Assembly: GCA_038251405.1 (NCBI GenBank)
Contig: JBBSBH010000001.1
Span: 49,125-113,124 of the forward strand
Length of the DNA stretch: 64,000 nt
DNA from: Chitinophagales bacterium
Lineage (GTDB): Bacteria; Bacteroidota; Bacteroidia; Chitinophagales; Saprospiraceae
Reading direction: 5' to 3'
The position numbers were made by a program, and so were the translations under genes. Of the stretch, positions 39,261 through 47,720 are shown piece by piece. How positions within the stretch are numbered: the first letter of the stretch is position 1; each line of letters starts with the position of its first letter. Under the pieces are notes generated by a model. That model was not told where the DNA came from, did not search any database, and saw only the letters and a program-made list of their open reading frames with translations.

Positions 39261-39313
39261 TTGTTCATATTCTTTTTTTGGAAATGTCGTGCGGAGGTTA
39301 CAAAGCTAGGGTC

Positions 39314-39594
39314 TCAGATCTGCCATGATTAAGTAAGATTACTACATGAAACAAAATCAGATTATTAGAGTCAGCCTCAGATTTCACAGGTTTTCAAAGA
39401 ACCCATTTAGTAATCAATCCAAAACTATTTCTATATGGTTTAATTAGACTGTTTAAGATTTTACAGTTTTTAGAAACACTGGTAATTCGCAGTTCTGCTA
39501 CTTTTGAAGGTACAAGTATGGCTGAAAGATCTTGCTGATTTCCTAATATTTCGGTGCTCGGCACCTTTGGGTTTATGGTTTTTAGAAATACAGA
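39314..39594. repeat. Long direct repeat, copy A (281 bp)
   Basis: By hand alignment it is about 92% identical to 40126-40407 (about 21 differences including one 1-nt indel). Confidence 0.85.
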
Positions 39595-39689
39595 TAGTTC
39601 GCAGCTCTGCTGCTTTTGAAGGGACAATCGTGGCTGAAAAATCTTGCTGATTTCCTAATATTTTGGTTCTCGGCGCTTAGGTTTTAAGT
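39468..39689. repeat. Tandem duplication of a ~112-bp unit (39468-39579 and 39580-39689) at the right end of copy A
   Basis: Both units start tttttagaaa, and both contain ttcgcagYtctgctRcttttgaaggKaca...tggctgaaaRatcttgctgatttcctaatatt. I estimate about 80% identity. Confidence 0.75.
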
Positions 39690-39771
39690 ATTAAAAATTG
39701 GCTAAATCGCATTTTTGATGGGTGTAATCTTAATTGCCAAAATATCAGAGCCATTGGCTCGAAAAATTTAT

Positions 39772-39799
39772 TAACAATGGATTATAATCCATTGTTAAG
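39772..39799. repeat. Perfect 28-bp palindrome ttaacaatggattataatccattgttaa
   Basis: The reverse complement equals the sequence itself, checked base by base. Confidence 0.9.
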
Positions 39800-39824
39800 T
39801 TGAGTCCACATTAAGGAGCTATAG

Positions 39825-39866
39825 GCCTGCCTGTCCGGTAGCTGTCCGGTAGGCAGGCTCGGTAGA
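39825..39866. repeat. GC-rich hairpin element with an internal 11-nt duplication; a second copy lies inside the kinase CDS
   Basis: ggcctgcctgtccggtag/ctgtccggtaggcaggctcggtag. With the duplication removed it matches 57041-57067 at 25 of 27 nt. The stem is GCCTGCCT/AGGCAGGC. Confidence 0.8.
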
Positions 39867-40039
39867 TTTAATATAGGTCGAACTTGAAGACCCTGTATAT
39901 GCTCTAAAATATTGGGGACGCCTTAAAACCTTTTCCTTTCATTCTTATTAAATAAGCCGAGGCAAAGTCTCTAGGAAGCTTTTCATCTATTTTTTGAGAA
40001 AAGCTAACAAGTCCATCAAAATGAGAATTAGCTAAAAAT

Positions 40040-40110
40040 TGTTCGGCTCTGCTGCTTTTTAAAGAGACTTTTTGAAGCTGATTGTATTAAGTTTTCGATG
40101 TTTGGTATTA
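40040..40110. repeat. Degenerate partial copy of the 112-bp unit
   Basis: ttgttcggctctgctgctttttaaagagac...tgaagctgatt...ttttcgatgtttgg resembles the unit core. The similarity is weak. Confidence 0.35.
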
Positions 40111-40125
40111 CCAATGCATTCTGGC

Positions 40126-40407
40126 TCAGATCTGCCATGATCAGGTAAGATTACTACATGAAACAAAATCAGATTATTAGAGGCAGCCTCAGATTTCGCA
40201 GGTTTTCACAGAACCCATTTAGTAATCAATCCAAAACTATTTCTATGCGGTTTAATTTAGACTGTTTAAGATTTTACAGTTTTTAGCAACACAGATAATT
40301 CGCAGCTATTCTACTTTTGAAGGTACATTGATGGCTGAAAAATCTTGCTGATTTCCTAATATTTTGGTGCTCTGTACCTTTGGGTTTATGGTTTTTAGAA
40401 ATACAGC
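40126..40407. repeat. Long direct repeat, copy B (282 bp)
   Basis: See copy A. Copy B ends with the first roughly 15 nt of a second tandem unit (tttttagaaatacag) and then diverges. Confidence 0.85.
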
Positions 40408-40859
40408 GGGTAGGTATAAATCTTCCTTTTTTTGCGAGTGGGGAAAATGAAAATACAAAAGAGTTGGCCGTCGTGGTGGTTGGTGTCTGTCAGAAAAGCC
40501 AGTTGATTCGTCCTGAAAAAAGTTTACAGTTTTTGATATTAATCCTGCTATTTATTTACAAAGTTATGGTAGTCCTGATATGAGTTTACAGTTACTTTCT
40601 TATTCGGGTAATAGTTCCGTTCCCAAATCCATCGGAACAAAACCCCCGTTCAGAATATTTATTTTGCTAAAGAGCGCGCTCAATGTGTCGCAGAACCGGA
40701 ACCTTAGCTTTGTAAAGAGAATTCAAAAACAAATTACTAAGTTTGGTTCGACTAATTTAGAAATAGCAATAAATTGATTATCAAGGTGAAATATAAACAT
40801 TAGTCAGCATTTTGTAGTTATACCATAGGATAGCAAAAAATTAAAAACTGATAAATATT

Positions 40860-41759
40860 ATGAAAAGATTTCTGACATCAATTTTTGCAGTACTAACCTA
40901 TACTTTTACTTTTACTCAACCACCTTCGCCTGGCCAAGTACAGGCTCGATTGCCAAAAGGAACAATTATCCATGGCAATATTCCATATAATAACGACACC
41001 CTCAAAAAACATTTATTAGACATTTATCTTCCTGCCGATGTCAAAGGAAAACTGCCTTTGGTGGTATTTATACATGGTGGTGGCTGGATAGGCAACGACA
41101 AATATGCTGACATGGGTTACATGCCTAATACCGTAGCGGCTATGCTCAATAACGGAATAGCAGTAGCTTCTATTGATTATCGTTTTGCAATGCAAGCGGT
41201 ATTTCCTGCAATTCTGCAAGATTGTAATAAGGCTGTTTCTTTTCTATACGATAATGCTGATAAATATAATTTAGATAAAAATAGAATTGCTCTGATGGGC
41301 TTTTCGGCAGGTGGGCATCTAGCTTCTTTGATGGGTACATCACAAAATAATAAGGTAAGTGATTTGTATTTCCCTAACACCTATCGTCCTCTTCAATATA
41401 AAGCAGTAGTTGATTTTTATGGACCTATAGATTTAGTTTTGCTGCCTGGAAATGAGGACGAAAAATCTCCCGAAGCCTTATTGATTGGGGCAACTCCATT
41501 AGACAGACCCGATTTAGCAAAGGCAGCAAGCCCGATTTCTTACATTGATAAAAACGATCCGCCGTTTTTAATTTATCATGGTGAAAAAGATAATATAGTA
41601 TCTAATAAGCAATCAAAACTTTTCAGCGCTTGGCTAAAACACTATGGCGTAAAAAATGAATTAACCATTGTTAAAGATGCACCACACTTCGGAACCATGT
41701 ATGATGTAGAGGAAATCAGAAACAAGGTTATAGCTTTTTTGATTCAATATTTGAAATAA
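40860..41759 (+). CDS. Alpha/beta hydrolase (esterase/lipase type), exported
   Basis: 299 aa with a signal peptide. It has the oxyanion motif HGGGW, the nucleophile elbow GFSAGGH and a C-terminal DAPH. Confidence 0.8.
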   Translation: MKRFLTSIFAVLTYTFTFTQPPSPGQVQARLPKGTIIHGNIPYNNDTLKKHLLDIYLPADVKGKLPLVVFIHGGGWIGNDKYADMGYMPNTVAAMLNNGIAVASIDYRFAMQAVFPAILQDCNKAVSFLYDNADKYNLDKNRIALMGFSAGGHLASLMGTSQNNKVSDLYFPNTYRPLQYKAVVDFYGPIDLVLLPGNEDEKSPEALLIGATPLDRPDLAKAASPISYIDKNDPPFLIYHGEKDNIVSNKQSKLFSAWLKHYGVKNELTIVKDAPHFGTMYDVEEIRNKVIAFLIQYLK

Positions 41760-41891
41760 AACAAAAATTATCGCTGATAGTCTCTGTATTTATCTTGAGG
41801 TTCTTTTAAAGGATAACAAAATTTTGACAAAATCAATGCAACAAAATAAAACGGCAGCCAACGGGCGGTTTGACAATATGGCGGGGCGACG

Positions 41892-41923
41892 AATTTTGCT
41901 TCAGCTGCAAAAATTGGGTTTAA
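41892..41923. repeat. REP-like hairpin element, copy 1
   Basis: aattttgcttcagctgcaaaaattgggtttaa is nearly identical (1 mismatch, 1 indel) to 51093-51125. Confidence 0.75.
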
Positions 41924-42313
41924 TAAACAATGTACTTTTATTTATCAGTAGGATGATGTGCATAAATTAGCTTCTGTTTGGGCTATTGATTTTCAAATGG
42001 TGTCACATCGCCAATCTTTGACCTAAAAGCAATTTTATAACGCTTCAAATTTCAATCATTAAATTTACGCAACTCAATATTGACATAGTTTTTGAGACAC
42101 TTACCTCACAGAAATCGAAAAATTAATTATTGTAGGACTATCTGAAGGAATTCAAAACATAGGCGGACCATAAATTAATTATTATACTAGCTTCGACAAA
42201 TGGTTAAAGCCATTATCAAAATCAAAGTGGGACAAATTAATTGAGTTTTGGGAAGGAGAAGATTGGCGGTCAAACAAAAAGGTTTACTACTCCTCTTGAA
42301 CAAGTTTTGATCT

Positions 42314-42847
42314 TTACTTTATTTTGATCCAGGTCTGGTCGAGGCCTTTGTCCTGCAAATAATTCATTAGCTCTTCGCCATCTTTGCCACCTTGCTTTGC
42401 ATGATGTAAAAGAGTAAATCCATGTGGTCCATTGGCAAAAATTAATTTAGGGTAAGTTTCTAATATTGGCTTTACCAGGTCAGTCCTGCCAAGCATGGTC
42501 ATTACAAAAATGGAAGGTCTTGAACATGAGTCAATCAAGAATTGCGCAATGTCTTTACGCCCCATATGACCTGCACCTTCAATGGCTGATTCAAAATCCC
42601 CATTTCCCCAATCATTACTGCCATGTATAATATTGGGATAGTCAATTATCATTGATTTTACCTTGTCGAGGTCTTTATGTCCTGCCACAACAAACTCCTT
42701 GACTATTTCCGGCTTATATGGTTCGGGATCAATTCTCTTTAGAATTTCATTTCCAGCTTTGGGTCCGGTTTGAGAATGAATTAGGTTAGGTAGGAAAATC
42801 GAGCCAGTTATTCCACTTGCAGCGGCTAAAAAATATTTTCTATTCAT
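42314..42847 (-). CDS. Ankyrin-repeat protein with an N-terminal (Tat-like) signal
   Basis: The ORF track reaches 42871. Met9 gives MNRKYFLAAASGITGSIFLP. Ankyrin-like repeats include GFTLLHHAKQGG and AIEGAGHMGRKDIAQFLI. Confidence 0.6.
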   Translation of the reverse strand: MNRKYFLAAASGITGSIFLPNLIHSQTGPKAGNEILKRIDPEPYKPEIVKEFVVAGHKDLDKVKSMIIDYPNIIHGSNDWGNGDFESAIEGAGHMGRKDIAQFLIDSCSRPSIFVMTMLGRTDLVKPILETYPKLIFANGPHGFTLLHHAKQGGKDGEELMNYLQDKGLDQTWIKIK

Positions 42848-43035
42848 AATTTTTAATTTTAAGTACCACAAATTATTACAAACTTAAATGCAACTTGCGG
42901 CTTTTACATCACTGACATGATTTGATGGGTGTGAAGCAGATTATTTGCCAATCACCATACAATTCCTGCATTTCACCCAATAAATACCGCCTTACTGATT
43001 ACAAATATTAATTTTGAGCCTGATTAATGACTTAA

Positions 43036-44079
43036 ATGAATTTTACTTTAAGAAAACAGGGTTACTATATCATCTTCGGTATTGTGTTCTTTGGTTTTTG
43101 GTTTTTGTTTAAGCTTGGCGGCCTGGCACATTTTGGTAAATCAATAATTTCGGCTTTTATAGATGTGTCGGTTTGTATGGTATCTATGGTTATCACCAAC
43201 GAATTTTTGATACCCCGCCTACTGTATAAAACAAGGAATACACAATTCACCATTTTTTACATTTTGCTTATTTTGACAGGGGGTTGTTTAATTATACCAG
43301 CTCAATTGAGCCTATTCAATAATTCCATTTTTGACTACCAGAAATTGCTGATAAAACAACCGCAGCATTTTTTTTATTGGTTTTGGTCAGACCTTATATT
43401 AGGCTCATATTTTTTGGTCTTTTTCATTTCAGCTACAGGGGCTGCTATCCGGTTATCATTTGACAGACTGACTCAATACAACAAAGCAAAGCAGTTAGAA
43501 GCTGAAAAAGCATCATCTGAATTGGAATTATTGAAAGAACAAATAAATCCTCACTTTCTTTTCAATGCTTTGAATACAATTTATTATAAGATAGACCGCT
43601 CAAATACAAGCGGCAGGGAAACCCTTCAACGATTTTCAAGTATGCTTAGGTACCAGCTATATGATTGTGATAAACCATTTGTAGAAATTGAAAACGAATT
43701 GTCATTCATCAAATCTTATATAGAATTGCAAAGAGAGAGGTTAAATAAAAATTATATCATTAATTATAGAGGCTTAGATGATGTAAAGCACATCACTATT
43801 TCCCCATTTCTGCTTCTTCCAATTGTAGAAAATTGCTTTAAACATGTTTCGGATTACCCTGTCAGGGAAAACATCATTACTATCGATTGTATCTTTAGAG
43901 ATAGCATTTTCCTTTTTCGCATCTGCAATACGATCACGCCAAAGACTGATTTAAAGACTGAGGGTATTGGTCTTGTGAACGTAAAAAGAAGACTGCAATT
44001 AATTTATCCGGAAATGCATGAATTAATTATTACAGAAACTCCGGATACTTTTGAAGCAATACTAAAACTTACTTGTTGA
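43036..44079 (+). CDS. LytS-type sensor histidine kinase (His_kinase PF06580-like)
   Basis: 347 aa with 4-5 N-terminal TM segments. Contains LKEQINPHFLFNALNTIY and GIGLVNVKRRLQLIYP. Confidence 0.85.
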   Translation: MNFTLRKQGYYIIFGIVFFGFWFLFKLGGLAHFGKSIISAFIDVSVCMVSMVITNEFLIPRLLYKTRNTQFTIFYILLILTGGCLIIPAQLSLFNNSIFDYQKLLIKQPQHFFYWFWSDLILGSYFLVFFISATGAAIRLSFDRLTQYNKAKQLEAEKASSELELLKEQINPHFLFNALNTIYYKIDRSNTSGRETLQRFSSMLRYQLYDCDKPFVEIENELSFIKSYIELQRERLNKNYIINYRGLDDVKHITISPFLLLPIVENCFKHVSDYPVRENIITIDCIFRDSIFLFRICNTITPKTDLKTEGIGLVNVKRRLQLIYPEMHELIITETPDTFEAILKLTC

Positions 44080-44096
44080 GAATATAAAAGGACTTA

Positions 44097-44828
44097 ATGA
44101 AATTGTTAAGTATAATAGTGGACGACGAACCAATTGCCCGAAAAGGGCTTGAGGAGGATATCAGGGATATTGACTTTATAGATGTAATCGGTATTGCAGA
44201 AAATACCGCTCAGGCAATGGAGCTGGTGATTTCAAAAAAACCCGATCTCATCTTCCTGGATATAGAAATGCCAAGAATTAATGGATTGGATTTCATTAAA
44301 TCTCTTAAAGACCCTCCAATAGTTATTATTATCACAGCTTATTCCAAGTATGCACTTAAAGGGTATGAATTGGATGTGCTGGATTTTCTCGTAAAGCCTA
44401 TAGATTTTGACAGATTACAAAAAGCCTGTAATAAAGCATGGGACTTTTATACTTTGAAGCATCAGGCATCAAATAAAGAACCAAAAACAAACTCTTTCTT
44501 TTTTGTAAAGGTGAATGGAAAATTTGAAAGAATAAATTTTAATGAATTGCTTTTTGTGGAAGCCGCGAATAACTATGTGATTTACCATACCAGTAACAAA
44601 AAATTTCTTGTCAATGATACTTTGCGAAATGTCGTTAACACCCTGCCTGCTTTTCATTTCATTAAGATCCATAAATCATATGTAGTTTCTGTTTCAAAAA
44701 TTGAAAGCCTCACAGCAAATGAAGTAACGATTGCAGGAAGGCCTTTACCTATTAGTAGAAGTTTTAAGGAAGTGGTATTGAATAATAGGATGATAGGAAG
44801 AAGTCCGAAAGGAAAGGAATCCCGATAA
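44097..44828 (+). CDS. LytTR-family response regulator
   Basis: 243 aa with a receiver domain (IVDDEPIAR...LIFLDIEMPRINGL) and a LytTR DNA-binding domain (IKIHKSYVVS). Confidence 0.88.
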   Translation: MKLLSIIVDDEPIARKGLEEDIRDIDFIDVIGIAENTAQAMELVISKKPDLIFLDIEMPRINGLDFIKSLKDPPIVIIITAYSKYALKGYELDVLDFLVKPIDFDRLQKACNKAWDFYTLKHQASNKEPKTNSFFFVKVNGKFERINFNELLFVEAANNYVIYHTSNKKFLVNDTLRNVVNTLPAFHFIKIHKSYVVSVSKIESLTANEVTIAGRPLPISRSFKEVVLNNRMIGRSPKGKESR

Positions 44829-44998
44829 TACTATAGGATAATCCGATTACACGTAGAAGTCAACCACGCCTATGCATTCAGTATGTCAAAGAACGGTACA
44901 TGGGCTATTGTCATAAGACGCTGATAAGTGTCAGCACTACATCAGAGCTCAATTACCAGTCATAACAAGAGATTAAGGTGGTATGTGCTTGTTGTTAC

Positions 44999-45772
44999 TT
45001 AAAAATGAAGATGAACAGTTTTATTTTCATAAAGAACTTCTGTATGCAATCTGTAAGCTTCAAGGATATTTTTTTGGGTAAGAACATGTTCTTTACTTCC
45101 ATCGGCAATAATGCTTCCATTATTCATCAATACGATGTGGTCGGCATATTTACCAGCTAAATTTAAATCATGCACAACTCCTAACACCAACCAATTGCGC
45201 TGTTTTATGAGATCAGTTATTTTGTGCATAAAATCAAACTGATAATAAATATCTAAGAAGGAAAGAGGCTCGTCAAGAATTAAATAATGACAATCATTTT
45301 CGTTTGGTTCCCAAATTTGAGCAGCCACTCTGGCAAAATGAACCCGCTGTTTTTCTCCACCGCTTAAAGTCATGTAATTTTGATTTGCCAGTCCTTTTAA
45401 ATCAAAAAATGAAATAGTTTCCTTGCAAATGGAAATGTCATTTGTTGATGGTTTTCCTGAGAAAAAAGGATATCGGCCCATCACCACTACTTCCCATACA
45501 GTAAGAGGGAAAGTCAATTCAATACTTTGTGAAAGCAAGGCGCGGAATTGTGCCAATTCCTTCATCGGAATATTTTTAATATTTCTTTTGGAATAAAACA
45601 CTTCTCCTACTGAGGGCATCAACATTCCACTCAGAATTTTCACCAGTGTCGACTTTCCTGCTCCATTGGGCCCAATTATCAGATTGATCTTACCCGGGGC
45701 AAATTCCACTGAAACATTTTTCAGCAATTCTTTTGTTCCAATTTTAAAAGATATGTTGTCAGCTTTTAGCAT
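44999..45772 (-). CDS. ABC transporter ATP-binding protein (FecE/HmuV/BtuD class)
   Basis: The ORF track reaches 45823. Met18 (45772) abuts the permease stop. It has Walker A GPNGAGKST, the signature LSGGEKQR and Walker B LILDEP. Confidence 0.88.
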   Translation of the reverse strand: MLKADNISFKIGTKELLKNVSVEFAPGKINLIIGPNGAGKSTLVKILSGMLMPSVGEVFYSKRNIKNIPMKELAQFRALLSQSIELTFPLTVWEVVVMGRYPFFSGKPSTNDISICKETISFFDLKGLANQNYMTLSGGEKQRVHFARVAAQIWEPNENDCHYLILDEPLSFLDIYYQFDFMHKITDLIKQRNWLVLGVVHDLNLAGKYADHIVLMNNGSIIADGSKEHVLTQKNILEAYRLHTEVLYENKTVHLHF

Positions 45773-45773
45773 A

Positions 45774-46805
45774 TTAAAAAAAATAGTTTTTTCTGCGAAG
45801 CAGAAGTATAAAAATCGGAACACCTACCACAGAAGTAACAATGCCAATAGGTAATTCAGCGGGGCGCACAATCATACGTGCCAATACATCGGCTAGACTG
45901 AGCAAAATGCCGCCTGCAATAGCGCTGTTGCGAATCAAATAACGATTGTCAGAACCGTTGATTAATCGCATCAAATGAGGTACCACCAAACCTACAAAAC
46001 TGATAACACCTACAAAGGCCGTGGCAGCTGATATCATTACAACATTGACAGAAAGCGTCAGTAATTTAAGCCGGCTGATATTTATACCCAGTAGCATGGC
46101 TTCATTTTCTCCGAGCATTAAAGCATTTAATTGATTAGAAAAGCGAAGGGCTATTAAAATGCAAGTCACAGTAGAGAACCCCACAATGCCAACGGAATGC
46201 CAATTGGCCCCGGAAAGCGTTCCCATTCCCCAAAAAGTGATGGAACGTGCTTGTGGGTCGCGTGCGATGTAGGAAAGGAATCCTACCCCGCTCATAAATA
46301 GGGCATTGATGGCAATACCTGTCAGTAGCAATAAAATAATTGAACTCCTTCCTGTTTCTTTGGAGTTCGATAAAATAAAAACTAGATAGGTAGAAAGCAT
46401 AGCACCGACAGATGCCGCAATGGGCAAAGTCCATTCATTTGTGTTGAATTTGAAAGTGCCTCCCAAAACAAAATACAATGCCGCCCCAAATGCCGCTCCG
46501 CTTGATGTACCTACCAATCCTGGTTCAACAATTGGATTTCGGAATAATGCCTGCATCAATACTCCGCCAACAGCTAAACTTGCGCCAACAAAGACACAAA
46601 GTAATGCCCTAGGCAAACGAATGTTCATAAAAATGCGCTCGTTCAAACTCATATCGTCAGAAGCAAGAAAATACTTTACCAGAGACGAAAGGATTTCATC
46701 CACACTAATATTTATAGCACCATATCGCACTGACAATATTATACTTCCAGTCAAAATGGACAATAGCAAAGGGAATATTAGTTCCTTTGATCTACCTTGT
46801 TCCAT
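45774..46805 (-). CDS. FecCD-family ABC permease (iron-siderophore/heme/B12 class)
   Basis: 343 aa with about 9-10 TM segments. Contains RLPRALLCVFVGASLAVGGVLMQ and PIGIVTSVVGVPIFILLL. Confidence 0.88.
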   Translation of the reverse strand: MEQGRSKELIFPLLLSILTGSIILSVRYGAINISVDEILSSLVKYFLASDDMSLNERIFMNIRLPRALLCVFVGASLAVGGVLMQALFRNPIVEPGLVGTSSGAAFGAALYFVLGGTFKFNTNEWTLPIAASVGAMLSTYLVFILSNSKETGRSSIILLLLTGIAINALFMSGVGFLSYIARDPQARSITFWGMGTLSGANWHSVGIVGFSTVTCILIALRFSNQLNALMLGENEAMLLGINISRLKLLTLSVNVVMISAATAFVGVISFVGLVVPHLMRLINGSDNRYLIRNSAIAGGILLSLADVLARMIVRPAELPIGIVTSVVGVPIFILLLRRKNYFF

Positions 46806-47667
46806 CCTGATGAATCAATTTTTGAAGAAGTAATACATTTTCTCCGGTGCGCGGCCCTAAATAGACTAAGTCATGTTCTTCAACTCGATAGATGCGATTT
46901 GCTTTTGCAGCTTTTGTACCGGCTACACCCGGCAACTCTTTTATTTTTTCAGGCACACCTAAGCGGTCATATCCAAAGTCTGTCAATAGAATTACATCAG
47001 GGTCAGATGCAGCTACTACTTCTGCCGAAAGTTGCTTCATACCTTTCTCATCATCTACAGCCATTTTCCCTCCCGCCCATTCTATCATTTTGGCTGCTAT
47101 ACTGTTTTTCGTCATTACTAAGTATATATTTGAAGCTTGCCCAAAGTGAATCACTAATACTTTCAATGTATCAGTATACTGTTTTGCATTTTCAATTGCT
47201 TGGGCCATATTGCTGTCTAACTTTTTGCAAAGTTCCTTGGCTCTTTCTTGCTTATTGAAATAAGCCCCGATTTCTGATATGAGTAGTTTGGTGCTATCAA
47301 TATCGCTGCCTTTGTTTTCAAATACCTTCATGGGTATTTTTAAAGCCTCCAACTGTTTCACCACATGTTCGGGACCTATATTATTATCATGAAGTATCAA
47401 TGTTGGTTTTGCTGCAAGAATTCCTTCTGTGCTTAATGCTCTATGATATCCTACGGTTGGTAGTTTTTTTAATTCTTCAGGATAGTTGCTGGAAACATCC
47501 ACCGCCACAATATTCTCTTCAGCCCCCAATGCATAGATAATTTCACTGTATTGTTTAGCAATGCACACTATGCGCACGTGCTGATTCATTTTTTCATCTT
47601 TATTACTAAAGCGGTTGCAGGAGGTAATTGTGGCAACTAAGATGACAAAGTTTAAAAGATATTTCAT
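46792..47667 (-). CDS. Periplasmic substrate-binding lipoprotein of the FecCD-type importer (HmuT/BtuF-like)
   Basis: 291 aa with lipobox ITSCN. Contains RIVCIAKQYSEIIYALGAEENIVAVD. It overlaps the permease start by 14 nt. Confidence 0.8.
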   Translation of the reverse strand: MKYLLNFVILVATITSCNRFSNKDEKMNQHVRIVCIAKQYSEIIYALGAEENIVAVDVSSNYPEELKKLPTVGYHRALSTEGILAAKPTLILHDNNIGPEHVVKQLEALKIPMKVFENKGSDIDSTKLLISEIGAYFNKQERAKELCKKLDSNMAQAIENAKQYTDTLKVLVIHFGQASNIYLVMTKNSIAAKMIEWAGGKMAVDDEKGMKQLSAEVVAASDPDVILLTDFGYDRLGVPEKIKELPGVAGTKAAKANRIYRVEEHDLVYLGPRTGENVLLLQKLIHQDGTR

Positions 47668-47720
47668 TTATTGGTAGAATTAGAAAGAAAGTGGCGGTAC
47701 TAACGCCACCTTCTAAAAAG

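Noticed and set aside
39347-39448. Small ORF MKQNQIIRVSLRFHRFSKNPFSNQSKTISIWFN* in repeat copy A, with a counterpart in copy B from 40160
   Set aside because: All nucleotide differences between the two copies within this ORF are nonsynonymous, and copy B reads through to a different end. There is no sign of purifying selection, so I treat it as non-coding.
39394-39627. 77-aa minus-strand ORF across the tandem units
   Set aside because: It reads through repeated DNA (VPSKVAELRI / SLQKQQSCEL are the same unit translated twice) and is not conserved in copy B.
39314-40407. CRISPR array
   Set aside because: The repeat units are 112-281 bp and either adjacent or 0.5 kb apart. They are not 25-40 bp repeats with unique spacers, and there are no cas genes in the window.
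46135-47258. ORFs 46135..46434(-), 46420..46833(+), 46797..47258(+) and 46892..47149(+)
   Set aside because: They are alternative or antisense frames of the FecCD permease and binding-protein genes.
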